Below, one piece after another: positions 1 to 12,092 of a DNA stretch of 37,639 nt. The notes under the pieces were generated by a model. The model was given only the letters and a program-made list of their open reading frames with translations. It had not been told where the DNA came from and searched no databases. The stretch lies in the NCBI GenBank assembly GCA_032718475.1, contig JAUCBJ010005280.1:1-37639 (forward strand), written 5' to 3'. The DNA is from Nemertoderma westbladi. Taxonomy: Eukaryota; Animalia; Xenacoelomorpha. Position 1 is the first letter of the stretch. Each line of letters starts with the position of its first letter. A program made the position numbers and the translations under genes.

Positions 1-3
1 AGC

Positions 4-215
4 GGTACTCGTCGGATACAGTGGACCCTCCTGAATGCAGGCAGCTTTCTGCATTTTTTTGCAATTTTCTGCTCTTTTGTTTTGTCAAATTGTTTATTGT
101 TTTGGTTCCTTCTGGCCACCACTGTAACCTGCTCCTTTACTTTTCAATTTTGTTTGTGATTTGTTGTGATTCTGAAATCAACATTCAGGAGGGTCCCCTG
201 TATCCGACGAGTGCC
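4..215. mobile_element. Small foldback/MITE-like element with 34-bp inverted repeats
   Basis: 4-37 (ggtactcgtcggatacagtggaccctcctgaatg) is the reverse complement of 182-215 with 2 mismatches. The TSD cannot be assessed at the window edge. Confidence 0.6.
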
Positions 216-387
216 CAACCAACTTTACGAAACTACCTGCTCGCTAACTTTTGGTCCACAGTTGGCAACTAGACAATTATTGCCATAAAATCGAAGAACA
301 ACAGCACGTCGCCATCATCATCATCACTCCACTACTGGCACGGTTGGTCTGAGTCATTCCATCATCATAGGCATGTACAGAACAGAG

Positions 388-988
388 GGAGTCCTACAAG
401 AAATGAAAACGAATTATGTTGGTGGCCGATCTCAAGAAGGGCAACCTAACACATGTCTTATAGTGGATATCGAAGAGTTATCAAAAAAGAAAAACAGACA
501 TCTGGCTGTTATCTTTGTTGACTTCTTCAAGGCCTTCGATTCAGTCTCTTGACCACGTATGTTCAGAATACTTGCATTATATGGGATTCCTGGGGAAATT
601 TATGCAGCAATCAGATCAGTATACGATGGTTCGACACCATTTGTATTGTGTAAACTGCTGATGGTGACACAAATCCATTCGGGAGGTCCGGCCGCAGGGA
701 AATACGTTACTTTCTCGTAAGGCGATAAAACCTATAACGCAAGCTGAATTCACATCGAATTCTAATAATTATTGAGTCGAGTTATTTCAGGAGCTTCAGG
801 GAGACACATTTTTGTTCATAATTGTGGTTGATGTCCTTATACCACCTTAATTAACATGTGGTGATGATAACTTTAAGACAAAATTTTGACAGTTAACTTG
901 GACAGTCCTCTGGAAATTTATTATCGCATGAGCATAAGCACTAAGGATGATGCCCCAAGCTTTTGCATGAGCACGTGGATGATTTCCA
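388..988 (+). mobile_element. Degraded RTE-clade LINE RT fragment
   Basis: Collinear nucleotide similarity to 25143-25975 (caagaaatgaaaac..., catctggctgttatctttgttgacttcttcaagg = LAVIFVDFFK, gagca-gtgga-ga-ttc), with internal deletions and stops. Confidence 0.75.
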
Positions 989-1098
989 TAACATCGTTGA
1001 TTTTTATTAGTAATGGCCCTAATTTATTAGATAACATTATTGATTTTTATTAGTTAAGGCCCTAATTTATTACATAACATTATTTATTTTTATTAGTT
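988..1098. repeat. 43-bp tandem repeat, ~2.5 copies
   Basis: ataacat..ttgatttttattag..ggccctaatttatta recurs at 988, 1031 and 1074. Confidence 0.7.
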
Positions 1099-1133
1099 TT
1101 ACTTAGATTAACCATTTTTTTTCTTCGTTCCAG

Positions 1134-4100
1134 AGTGAATGCGTAACAAGACGAACAAGAATTACTATTTTGGGATTATTGATAAGAGTTTATTTGAAAG
1201 AATACTTATTATGTGCTTTCTTGAATATCATTTATGAAATTTGCCTTATAATTAGATTAATATTTTTTCGACGTTTGATTGCGTACTATTTACAAATCGA
1301 AAGCAGTACTTCACTTGAAAGCGCATTGGTCGATTGTCTCATAATTGGAATCGCATCTTTTATATCAGTACTGGCATTTACAAATTCGAATTTCTATTCT
1401 TTTCTATTATGGAATAAGATTAAAGTTGGATGCAGTGCACTTATCTATGGCAAACTCCTGACATTAGATGCAGGAGGAATCCAAAGTACGACAATCGGCC
1501 AGATAACTAACCTGTTGTCATCTGATGTTGGACGATTTGAGACAATGGCGATCTATGGAAGCTATTTAGTCTCAATCCCTATTGTTATAATTCTATGGTT
1601 CCCATTGATGTATTACTATATTGAGTGGTCTGGTATTTTTGGATTATTTCTCTCCATTTTAGTTATTCCATTGAGTTTAGGGTTGTCAGAAATATTTAGC
1701 AGATTACGTGTTAAAGCTGCAGCATTAACTGATCGAAGAATAACATTGTTGAGTGAAATATTAGTTGGAATGAAAGCAGTAAAAGCATATGGTTGGGAGG
1801 AATTATTTGAAGAAGCTATAAAAATGGCTCGAAGCAAAGAATTTTTACAAATAAGTAAGATCATGTATTGCCATTCGTTCTACACTGTAAACTTCTTTGC
1901 CTATGTCAATATTGTAACATTTTTTGTTTTTGTATTATATTCAGCACTGGAATTTAAATTAAATATTATCACTGTACTAACCGCTAACATTATGTTCTCC
2001 ACTTTACTCACAAATGTAATGGAATTTGCTGTCTCTTTGCGAGATTGTGGTGAACTTAAGAGTGTTTTTCAAAGAATAGATAAATTTCTTGGTTTCAAGT
2101 ATAATTATTTAATTGACGTGGAATGGTTAGAAAGTAGTAAAAAAGATAAAATCATGTTAGATCCTAAAGATATTTTTCTATCTGTTGATAATATTTCTGG
2201 GAGATGGGCAAACAACACCCCATATGTGATACATAATCTAACATTTAAAGCATATTTTGGGGAGATTGTTTACGTAATAGGACCAGTTGGTTCTGGAAAG
2301 TCTAATCTACTGCAGGCAATATTAGGAGAGTTGCCTATAGAAACTGGATCTATAAATAAGAATGGGAAGATGGCCTATGTATCGCAAACACCATTCATAT
2401 TCTCGGGAACTATACGGGACAATATCCTACTGGGCCAAACATTTGAGGCAAAATGGTTTAACGAGGTTCTCGATCTTAGCTGTTTAACAATGGATCTATT
2501 AAATTTTAAAGATGGGGATAATACTTTAGTTGGAGAAAAAGGTATTTCATTATCTGGTGGCCAAAAAGCTCGTATTGCTTTAGCGAGAGCGGTTTATTCT
2601 AGAGCAAATATATATCTTATGGATGATCCTCTTTCAGCTGTGGACAGACGAGTGGCCAATAACTTAGTAGATAACTGTTTGAAGCACTGCCAATCAAGAG
2701 GTATTGTAATTATCGTTACCCACCTACTGCAAATTATCCCTTCAAATTCAAGAATTGTATCTCTTTATGACAATGATGTCTATAAATCGCTAAACATGGA
2801 GTTCTCATCACAAACTTATAACGAAACTAACATAAGTTTATCTCGAACTTATGAAAGCGAAATGATCGAAGGTGATAAATTCGATATTATGATAGATTCT
2901 GTTAGTGATTCGTTCATGGAAAGAACAAATGATTCCGGATGGATACCTACTCTGGTCTTTATAATGGCTGGTTTATCTGGACCGCGGCTTATAGTTTTAA
3001 CATTATCTTTACTATTTTTATTGATGCATTTAACATTATCAGATTATTGGTTGGTAACTTGGGCTATGCAAGAATCTATAAATGACACACAAGATATTGA
3101 GTACAATGATGAAAATATTATTATGAAATTTATCGCTGAGAGCAATTGGAGTGGCATTGTACTTGGGTATGCATACCTGGTTTTTTCATACTTAGTTTGC
3201 ATAACTTTCAGTATGTTTGCAGCATATACTATTGTTCTGGGCGATTCTAACAATGTACATAGAAGAATTCTAAAAACAGTATTGCATGCACCAATGGCAT
3301 TTTTTCATAATAATTCAGCAGGAGGTATATTGAACCGATTCTCGAAGGACTTGGGAATATTGGACAACATAATCGCGGACTCACTTGCAGATATGTTGCA
3401 ATATATATGTCGTTGTTTTCTTGTTATTTTACTTGCGGGGATATCTAATCCACTTTGATGATATCAATTCCCACACTTATCGCTGTTATATGGATACGAA
3501 ATTATATAATGAAAAGTCTTAAACAGGTGAAGTTTCTGGAAGGATCAGCAAGGAATCCAGTATATCAGCATGCCTCTGATACCATAGAAGGCCGAGTTGT
3601 AATAAAGGCATTCGGGATTCAGGCAATTTATTTGAAACGTTTTCTCTACCACCTGGATAATCACACTGGATCATTGTTTATGGTTTATGGGCTCCAATCA
3701 TTGCTTACTATCAGTGTTTCTATGTTTTATGCTGTCTTTACCATATTGTTTTTACTCATATCTTTGTATATGGATAGCTTTGTATCAAAAGAAGTATTAG
3801 GTATAGCAGTAACATATGTGTTTGGCTTTGTAAATTTTTTAGCATTTATTATGTTCGATTCGGCAGTGCTGGAACTGCATTTAACATCTGTTGAACGAGT
3901 TCTTGATTACACAAAACTAGACCAAGAGGCTGCATTCCATATACCTAGTGTTCAACCTCGAATTACTTGGCCGAGTGCCGCAATTATTTATTTCAAAAAT
4001 GTTAAACTTACATACGGTGATAATGAGGTGTTGCATGGAATCAATTTTGTAACTCGGCCTTTTGAGAAAATAGGAATTGTAGGACGAACAGGAGCTGGTA

Positions 4101-4744
4101 AATCCTCATTGTTTACAGTATTGCTTCCCCTTGTAGAACCTCAAGGAATAATCATGATAGATGATGTTGATATAACAGAAATTGGTTTACATGATTTACG
4201 GAAGTCAATAGCAGTCATTCCACAGGACCCCGTTCTGTTTCAAGGTACTTTGCGTTACAACTTAGATCCTTTTAGTGAATTTGACACTATAGAAATCATG
4301 AAAGCTCTAGAATGCGTTCAATTGAAAACATCACTAGAAATGAGACCCCTTTCTAATTGGGGTTATGGTTCTATTAGCCTCTCTGACAAGAAAACAGCAG
4401 ACGTTTTGGATTTTGAAGTTGAAAACCGTGGCAGTAACCTCAGCGTTGGGGAGAAGCAGTTAGTTTGTTTAGCAAGAGCAATGTTAAGAAACTGTAAAGT
4501 TGTGCTTATTGATGAGGCAACATCATCCATTGATCAGTTTACAGATGGAATTATACAGAAGATAATTTCAAATAATTTCTCTAAAGCAACTGTGTTCACA
4601 ATATCCCACAGGATTAATACTTTCGTGAACTGCGACAGGATAATAGTGATGAGTGAAGGAAAGATTGTAGAATTTGAAGAACCAGAATGTTTACTTGAAG
4701 ATAAGAACAGCTTCCTATATAACGTAGCTAATGAGGAACACTAG
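1134..4744 (+). CDS. ABCC4: ABC transporter subfamily C (MRP4/ABCC4-like, TMD1-NBD1-TMD2-NBD2); large terminal exon with one frameshift at ~3455
   Basis: NBD1 has GPVGSGKS, LSGGQ and the ABCC-type Walker B IYLMDD. NBD2 has GRTGAGKS, IPQDP, LSVGEKQ, VLIDE and SHR. TMD motifs include GQITNLLSSDV and GGILNRFSKD. There is no ATG: a polypyrimidine tract plus CAG acceptor at 1131-1133 opens the frame in phase at 1134. ORFs 1170-3458 and 3455-4744 join at ccactttgatg. The symbol is family-level; orthology is not established. Confidence 0.9.
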
Positions 4745-4988
4745 CAATCTAAAATACGAATTTCGAAAGTTCAAATGTTATGTGTTAAAGGGTGCAGGGT
4801 AAAATAATAATAGCAACAAATATTGGATAAGTATTGTAGTTGAATGTTTGACAATTGAAAGTGAAAATTTTTGTTATTCCAAATATTTATTCTACAAATT
4901 AATATTAATATCAAATTTAAATTAACTAATATTTATTGCATGGTAAATAATGTATAACTTTATTTTCATTATACTCGAGATATTTTAT

Positions 4989-5400
4989 TTATTTGTGGTT
5001 ACTGGATTTATTCAATTCGCAATCGTTGCAGCTGGCGACCATTGTTGTTACATCGTTTGTAATTCCAGGCCAAAAAACGCATTGCCTAGCTCTCCTGAGT
5101 GTCCGATCTCTGCCCTGATGGGCTGCGTGTAATCCGAGTAATATGTCTTTTCTCATGGTTTCTGGTATGACTATACGTTCTTCACCATACACGACAATGC
5201 CGTTGAATGCAGAAAGTGCATTACGATAAATCCAATATGGGCGACAATTAGTAGAAACAAGGTTTTTAATTTGAGGAAACACATTTATCACAATTTTCAA
5301 TAATTCACAGTATGTGGCATCACCTGCAGCATTTTTCTTTACCTTTTGGCACGACATATCGATGGTGTTTATCTTTATTGAGTTATTGCTGATCTGATTG
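4989..5400 (-). mobile_element. Ty3/Gypsy pol fragment (integrase zinc-binding HHCC region)
   Basis: YWIYRNALSAFNGIVVYGEERIVIPETMRKDILLGLHAAHQGRDRTLRRARQCVFWPGITNDVTTMVASCNDC matches the Gypsy integrase H2C2 pattern. Confidence 0.85.
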
Positions 5401-5402
5401 CA

Positions 5403-5703
5403 GTGACTAGCTCGGCACTTGAACACAACCGCCTCCGCTTTGCAGGACATTGCTTTCGCAGCGAGGACCAGCCAGTGCATAATCTTGTACTTTGGCAGCC
5501 TCATGGAGTGAATAAGCATGGCGGACAGCCCATGACTTTCTTGAGACGCATCTTAAAGGACACTGGCCTTGAAGATGCGGATGATCTAGCAAATGTCATG
5601 GGTGATAGGGAGTTGTGGCGGCGCAATTTTGTCGACAAGCCGGCCCAGCATTTTTAAAAATGCAGCTGCAATGCAGCATGCCGATCCTAGCAGTAGTAGT
5701 AGT
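5403..5703 (+). mobile_element. RTE LINE 3' end with (TAG/AGT)n tail
   Basis: RLRFAGHCFR...LVLWQP...DRELWR C-terminus, stop at 5657, short 3' UTR and agt repeats. Matches 26305-26360 plus 28391-28622. Confidence 0.8.
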
Positions 5704-5762
5704 ATGCTTCCCCCATCCATTCCAACCTTATCCGATAGCCTCACCCTCCCCGGTGTCCCCAT
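5704..5762 (+). mobile_element. Short CRE-clade retrotransposon fragment fused to the RTE tail
   Basis: Nearly identical to 28623-28681 (LPPSIPTLSDSLTL...), which continues into the CRE ORF. Confidence 0.65.
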
Positions 5763-5944
5763 GACTGAAAACTGTCCGAAATTTATTGAAGCTTATGAAA
5801 TTGCATGATCATGAATGAATTCATATAAAGCAAAAATTGTAAAAAGGGTTTAGAAACGACGGATGGATTTTTCGTGTGAAAAAAATGTCATTCTGAGATA
5901 ATTGCCTTCAAAGTTCAATAGAGAACTAAAAGAGAACTCTCTAA

Positions 5945-7990
5945 GCCGTTTGAGGATGTACAATCAAAAGACCCTGTTACCTTCTCCCCCCATGGTGTTT
6001 CCTCCCTATCCAAGATCCACGGGCAGGTCAAACACCTCGCCCACCCGCAAGGCTTGTTCCCTTGCCACCCTGCCCTCTCTCGCTTCCTAACGAGAAGATT
6101 CTCCAACTTAAACCCCCTCTTCGCTGTCAAACCCACAGATAAATCCCATCGATTGAGAGCCCCCTCGTACTTCCTAACCACGTCCCTAAATGCCCCTTTC
6201 ACTTCCATTACTCACAGGCATAAAAACCCTCTGCTTGGCTGCACCCGCCCCTCCGTTGGGACCCGCCCGGCCCGGCTTGGCCCAGCTCTGGACCCCACGA
6301 ATATCATTCAGGAAATCCAAAGGGTACCCCATAGCCCAGCAATCGGTCAAATACCTGTCTCTAGCTTTCCCAAACTCCTCCCCTCCCCCGGTCAGTCTCC
6401 AGAATCTAGTAACCTGCCCCTTAACCACACCCTTAAGTACCCTATCATCGTGAAAACTACAGTAGGGTATGGGTAACTTGTTTGACAATGGCTTAAAATG
6501 CACCGCTGTAGATATCGACCTGTCCCCCCTATTAAAAAATAAGTCCAAATCTTAAAAAGGTCGATTTTACGTTCGAGAATTCTACGGTAAATTTTATTGA
6601 GTCCTTACCAAACACAATCTCGCTAGCCCCATTATACTCATCCGTAATTAACTGCTTCTCCCTGAGAGACAGGACCTTCCCGAATATCCCCTCCCCGTCA
6701 TCCACAAACGTCTTAAAATACGTCGCACCAAATAATGTTATCAACCCTACATGTTCATGTACCCGATTAACCATCAATACCGCAATTGACTTCCCAGCTG
6801 GCCCCCCCCCATAGCTAAACCTTTAATCAATAAATAGAATTTCCCAAAAGCACAAAAATAGGTGTGAGATATAACAAATAACAGTAGTGCATTAATCTGT
6901 CCTAAGGTGTATCCCGTCGCGTCCAATATATCAGGGTTCTCGTTGATTGTTGTCGTAATCGCTTGGGTCACCAGGGAATGGTCAACAGACGGGTACATAT
7001 CCACCACGTCCAGCGCCATAAAGGTGACCTCATCGTGCGGATCCCTCGGCAACTGCCGTCGAGCCGTTGCCGAGTCCGGCACGAAATGGGACATTCTCTC
7101 CAACAGGGGCTGGATAAGTGTATTTAGTAGCTGAGCTGGCCTCTCCGATACCGTTCCCGTTGCTGATATAATCAATCTCGCCTTGGGGACCCTCACCCCC
7201 CCACCCCAGTCTATCCATACCGAGGGATCTTTATGGTCCTTAAATAGGGTAAAAACGTAACCCAAAGCTGGGCGCTTCACTACCAGGTACTCTCGTAATG
7301 CAGCATCCCCTATGCTATGTTCTCGTAGTAGGCGTTTCAACCGGGCTACATACTTGTTTGTTGGGTCACGCGGCAACTCCTCGTATATGGATTCGTCCCC
7401 CAGGGCCCTCTTTATTTCCCGCTCCTTTATCCCCGCATCGATAACGACCACATTTCCCGTCTTGTCCCCTATAATGATATCGATTCACTCGTCCCGCTTT
7501 AATTTCTTCAGATCAGTGCGTTGATGCGAGTCTAGATTCGATGCTCTCTTCGGTAGCATGGCCACCTTCTCCGCCGCGCAGTGCAGTTCGCTAATAAAAG
7601 ATTCTAAAACGGGGTCGGTACACGGTCGGGCTACATACCGAGCCTTAAAGGGAATGGAATAGGGAATATAGTTTAGCTCCCCTCTCAATGCATCCGGACC
7701 GTCGTTCCCCGATAGAAACGGGTGCACCCTCGCTCCCGGCTCCCGAGTTCTGTCATCCCGAATCAAGCGTCGGTACCCTAAACTCCTCCTCGGAGTCTGG
7801 TCCCCTCCTCCCGCATCACACCCACGATAAGGTGTAGATTCTGCCATGATTGGATAAATCCCTATGTCGGCTCGACTTCCGCTGCCCTGCAGCTCGTCGA
7901 CTCCACTGAACAAGTTCCTCGCGATGCTCCTAGTCGGAAAAGCATCCTATAATATCGGTGTTGAGACTCGCGGACATCCTCCTTCCCCGC
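5945..7990 (-). mobile_element. Penelope-like element (PLE) RT pseudogene, truncated at the start of the GIY-YIG endonuclease
   Basis: Across frameshifted ORFs: SNLDSHQRTDLKKLK..DK.GNVVVID..IYEELPRDPT, LFKDHK, ARLIISATGT, LDVVDMYPSVD, GLAMG, FVDDG, thumb KGVVKGQVTRFWRL..MGYP, linker LENLLVR..PCG..RCLTCPWI..FDCTSSN. Markedly more GC-rich than its flanks. Confidence 0.85.
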
Positions 7991-8300
7991 CTGGGGAAAC
8001 CGTTGCGCCCCCCCCCCCCCTCCACCCCACCCCCACTCTCCCTTAGGTTCTCACGAATCCCTAAATTTCTGATAGAATGTGCACAATTCTAGCTCAGTCG
8101 ACCGACACGTGCTGTGTTATTAGTTAGAGACCTGATGGCAGGGAAATAATAAAACAATGGCAGGAAAACTTTAAAGTGCTAATTATGAACAATGGAGATT
8201 TTAATTTTATTTATTTGTGGGGAAGTATTTGTAGTTATGCACTGAAACGTTCTAGAACAACCTAATAATGACGCAGTGACATACTGGAATACTGTACATA

Positions 8301-9042
8301 CAGTACAGGCCACCAGAAAACGCAAATTTGTACAATTGTGAACACATTTTATCAAATGTGTACCAGTGTAATGTAATGTTGTTGAACGGGACAATTGAAC
8401 ATAATTGAATTGGCAACAACCAAAATTTTTTCGCCAAAGGATACAATTGAATACTTTTGAAACGCTTAGTAATCTGGAAACTCTCTGTAGTTTGCCGCTA
8501 ACTGTCACTCACTGCAGCTGGAAATGCGATAAGGATATTGTTTACCTTTATAGTGTGCGGTTAATGGTGTCTAGTAGGCAGGCCTATAGTTAGTGATGTT
8601 AAGGCATCTTCTGGTGTTTCTCTGTGCCCTCTCGGAGTCAGACTAATGGCGCGACATCTCCCTGCACTAAATTAATTATTCAATGGTCTAGGCTCCTCCA
8701 TCCATATGCCCATCCACTCCCATACACCCCATGAACATTAACAGTGTGCGGTTAGTAGTCTCTATATACACTCCATGAACCTCCATGTGGTCTTGTATGT
8801 AGTTCTCTCTCTACCAATACAGCCCATGTCCGCAATGTTACGCCCTGGGGGCTCTCTCATCTACCTGATATCAGACATACAGGCGCACCGCACACAAAGC
8901 CTTTGTCGGTCCCAGCAAGTCAGCCTCCTGCTGTGTGATCTAGAAGATAACTCGCCATAACCTGCCAATCAGACGACTTGAACAAATGTGTTCACATGTG
9001 ATCACATTGGATGAAATCTGCTTTTTCTGGTGGCCTGTACTG
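8301..9042. mobile_element. Non-autonomous Tc1/mariner-type DNA element (742 bp)
   Basis: TIR cagtacaggccaccagaaaa (20 bp perfect, ~29 bp with 2 mismatches). TA flanks both ends (8299-8300 and 9043-9044). Confidence 0.85.
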
Positions 9043-9046
9043 TAGT

Positions 9047-10312
9047 TGTAAAAGCTTTTGCGGATATAACCAGTCATTTTTCTCCACAATAAACTGTTTA
9101 GTTGTTTTAGCGGACATAACAAGCCATTTTCTCCGCAATGTACCCTGTAGGTGTTTTAGCGGACATAATAAGCCATTTTATGCCACAATACGCCAAATAC
9201 TCTAAATACAGTGTAGTTCAGATGACGAAATCTGTCAGCTGATTTGATGTCGATGTGGAGCTTTCTTAACTTTCCTTGTTCGGCTCGCTCGACCAATCAG
9301 AGCGATTTTCATTTTATTTTGCACAGAGGCCTATGGAAAACCGCGCAATGCATGACGGTCTTTGTTTACCTTTCTGAGCGAGAACAACTGCTTGGAAATT
9401 ATTCTGTACTTCTGTGTTAGAAGTTTCAGACTTTGGCCAACATTAGACGGCTTTGATTACAAGAACGTAAATCTATTATCTGCACTCTGGCCACCTGAAC
9501 AACTGTAAACCAAACTGCATCACCTGGACTGACTGGATGCATTACTGGCCCTACTGCACTGTGCAACTGTGCAACTAACCATAAAACTGGTTACTTGGCA
9601 CCTGCGGTACCGGTATCACCGATACTGGCTGAATATCACTGCATTATTGTACTTCTGTTTACTGTCTGTTATTAATGGTTATATGTTGATGGATATGTTG
9701 TTATATTTGGAGAATATCGATAAATAATTATAAAACCCCATCTTCTTGATTACTAAAGGTTAGAGGGACCGGTTACCGGTAGCAATTGCGACTTACATTA
9801 CAGTGGTTTTAGTGTGCATTCAAAGCATTCAAATGCTATTTCATAATCCCTACATGTGTCAGTTGCTATCCTCCTTATATATGATCAAATTCAGTGACGG
9901 TCGGCAGATCAGTGTGCAGCAGTGTGAAATCGTATGCAGCAGTGTGACAGATAATAAAGCATATCCTAAAGAATGCGCTATTTACGAAAATCATTAGCCA
10001 TCTCGTTGTGTTTAGTATAAGTCATAACTCTGTTTTATACTTAAAACGCCACATCCTAAAGGAACTGTTAATATTTCCCTGAAAGTGAATAATATTGTCA
10101 GAGATTATATAGTAACAATCAATCGAATAATACAGTAGGTCTGCAATGCAATAAGGTCAAAGCATCCGAATCCAGTCTCCCTTAACTGTGGGTTAATGAT
10201 CGCGCATAGACTGGCTTCGGCTAATGTTACTTCATGTGCATTAAATAATTGTTATAGGCTAAAGTCGATTTATAAACAAGAGGACACCTAAAATTGGATA
10301 GTTCTTTTTACA
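9047..10312 (+). repeat. 5' LTR
   Basis: Matches 20391-21633 up to 10297. TGTAAAA...TTTTACA inverted termini suggest the end is at 10312 (tentative). It starts with three ~50-bp internal repeats (gcgga..ataac...ccgcaat). Confidence 0.85.
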
Positions 10313-10382
10313 GAACACAGCAGAACACAGTAGAACACAGCAGAACACAATAGAATACAGACGGAACATAGGCGAACACAGC
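10313..10382. repeat. 10-bp minisatellite (gaacacagca), ~7 degenerate copies
   Basis: Seen directly after the putative LTR end, where a PBS would be expected. Confidence 0.7.
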
Positions 10383-11841
10383 TGTAATTAAAATCTACAC
10401 CAAAAAATAACACACTTGGGAAAGTACCGGACTTAATCATACAACTGTAAGATGTCAATTACATATTTAAATTAAATGGCGGTTTTCCATATCCTCCAAA
10501 ATAAATTACCTGATCAGGCCACCCTGGTTTTTTATTGGGATTTTACTTATTTCTGTCAGTTTTATTTATATGTAAGTGTAATATTGAGCAGAAGGCGTGT
10601 AAGCCCGCTCAAATTGTACAGATAATTTGTAGGCTGGATTGTTGTCTGGCTGTTGTTAGGTCTGAAGAGATTGCAGTGTGTGTAGAGTGTATGTCAGATA
10701 AAGTACTAGTTAGGAAGGTGGGGACATCCAGTGCTGTAAGGTAAATCCCCCCTGAAAGAATAAGTCGTACTACTCGGTTAGAACGCATACTAACTAACCA
10801 TTTCGGAGTCTGCATATACTGTAGTTTATTTAGGCTTGATAGTAGTCTGCCAGCGTTTGGTCTGTATTTTGTTTGTGTAGTCTGTACGGGTAGCGTAATA
10901 TTTATTATTCAGAGTCTATGCGAGTATTCGCAACATACATAACTCCACAAGTTTATTCCTACAGTAATTGTGCTTGTTATACATACCGTTATAGTTAAAT
11001 TAACCCCGGTACTACATCAGGGCTGCTTGGCGTAGGTAAAGACGGTGATTTTATGCTCTAGTTACTCCTCCAGATACCGTGGTTCTTTTAGCTGTACAAG
11101 TATTTTTAACCGCTGGTTATTTGTTGTATAAGTACTTGTACCTAATTTAGGGTTTAGTGTACAGTACTTTCCGAAGGTAATTAGTGTGTAGGCAGTATAT
11201 TTGTGTTGTAAAGTGGTTAATAGGCACGTTAGCTCTGGTTGGCTGCGGTAATTAACTTCTAGGTAAGAACACTCCGGGTACATAACGTAGTACTTAAAGA
11301 CTATAAGTCGTCAGACGGTGGTATTTTCTTATCTGGACAACGCAATTTATTTACTACTGCTTAATTATTTTCAAATACCGTAGTCTCCTGTCCGTTGTAA
11401 TAACCAGAAATTCTAACACCTTGTTAGGCTGGTTTGTAGATTTCCTGTAAAATTACCCTAAAATTTGTACGTGTAATTTTTGTGTTTATTTAGAGATTGT
11501 AATCTCACTCCGTAATTGTACATAATTTGTAGTAATAAGTAACTTAGTCAAGTAGAATTATTTGTTTTAGTGTCCAACAAGTAGCATTTCACTGAGAGCG
11601 TTCAGCTTCTGTGTAGTGACTCCTTACCAGAAATAATAACATTTATTTCAAATATTGTCAAAAACCCATTATAAGGGTATATATATATTACAAATCAACT
11701 CAAACCGACTTATAAAATAGTAGGCCTGTCATACATCAATTAGGTCTTAATATCAGTTGGACTACTGCTTAATAACAGTAACAAAGTAAAGAAAAGTAAC
11801 CCCAAAATTCAGAAATTCAGTTATTATAAAATAATTGACAT

Positions 11842-12092
11842 TACCGGTATTTATAGTAGGCTTATTATATTTATTTATATAAATTTACGCTGAAATTATA
11901 TACCGGTATTCTGTAATTAGTCTTAGTCTATAATTGTACTTATATATACTATAAGTGTAAGCTGTATACCGGTATTCATGGTAGGCTTATTATATATTTA
12001 TATATTTATGCTGAAATTATATACCGGTATTCTGTGACAAACCCTAGTCTGTAATAATACTTATATATACTACAAGTGTATACCGGTATTCT
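11842..12092. repeat. ~125-bp AT-rich tandem duplication containing taccggtatt motifs in the BEL leader
   Basis: taccggtatt...gtaggcttattatat...gctgaaattatataccggtattctgt occurs twice, plus a partial third motif. Confidence 0.7.

Noticed and set aside
1134-4744. Bacterial ABC operon or horizontally acquired pair of genes
   Set aside because: The full-transporter ABCC architecture is broken mid-TMD2 and is preceded by a spliceosomal acceptor. No slippery heptamer supports programmed frameshifting.
5945-7990. Telomerase or endonuclease-less Athena element
   Set aside because: The Cys-rich pre-GIY linker is present and there are no telomeric repeat arrays; simple truncation explains it.
7990-8200. 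Hammerhead ribozyme next to the Penelope element
   Set aside because: No CUGANGA...GAAA core with supporting stems was found by eye on either strand.
8179-11283. Short 60-110 aa ORFs in the MITE, LTR and leader
   Set aside because: They have no motifs and lie within non-coding repeats; their lengths are expected by chance.
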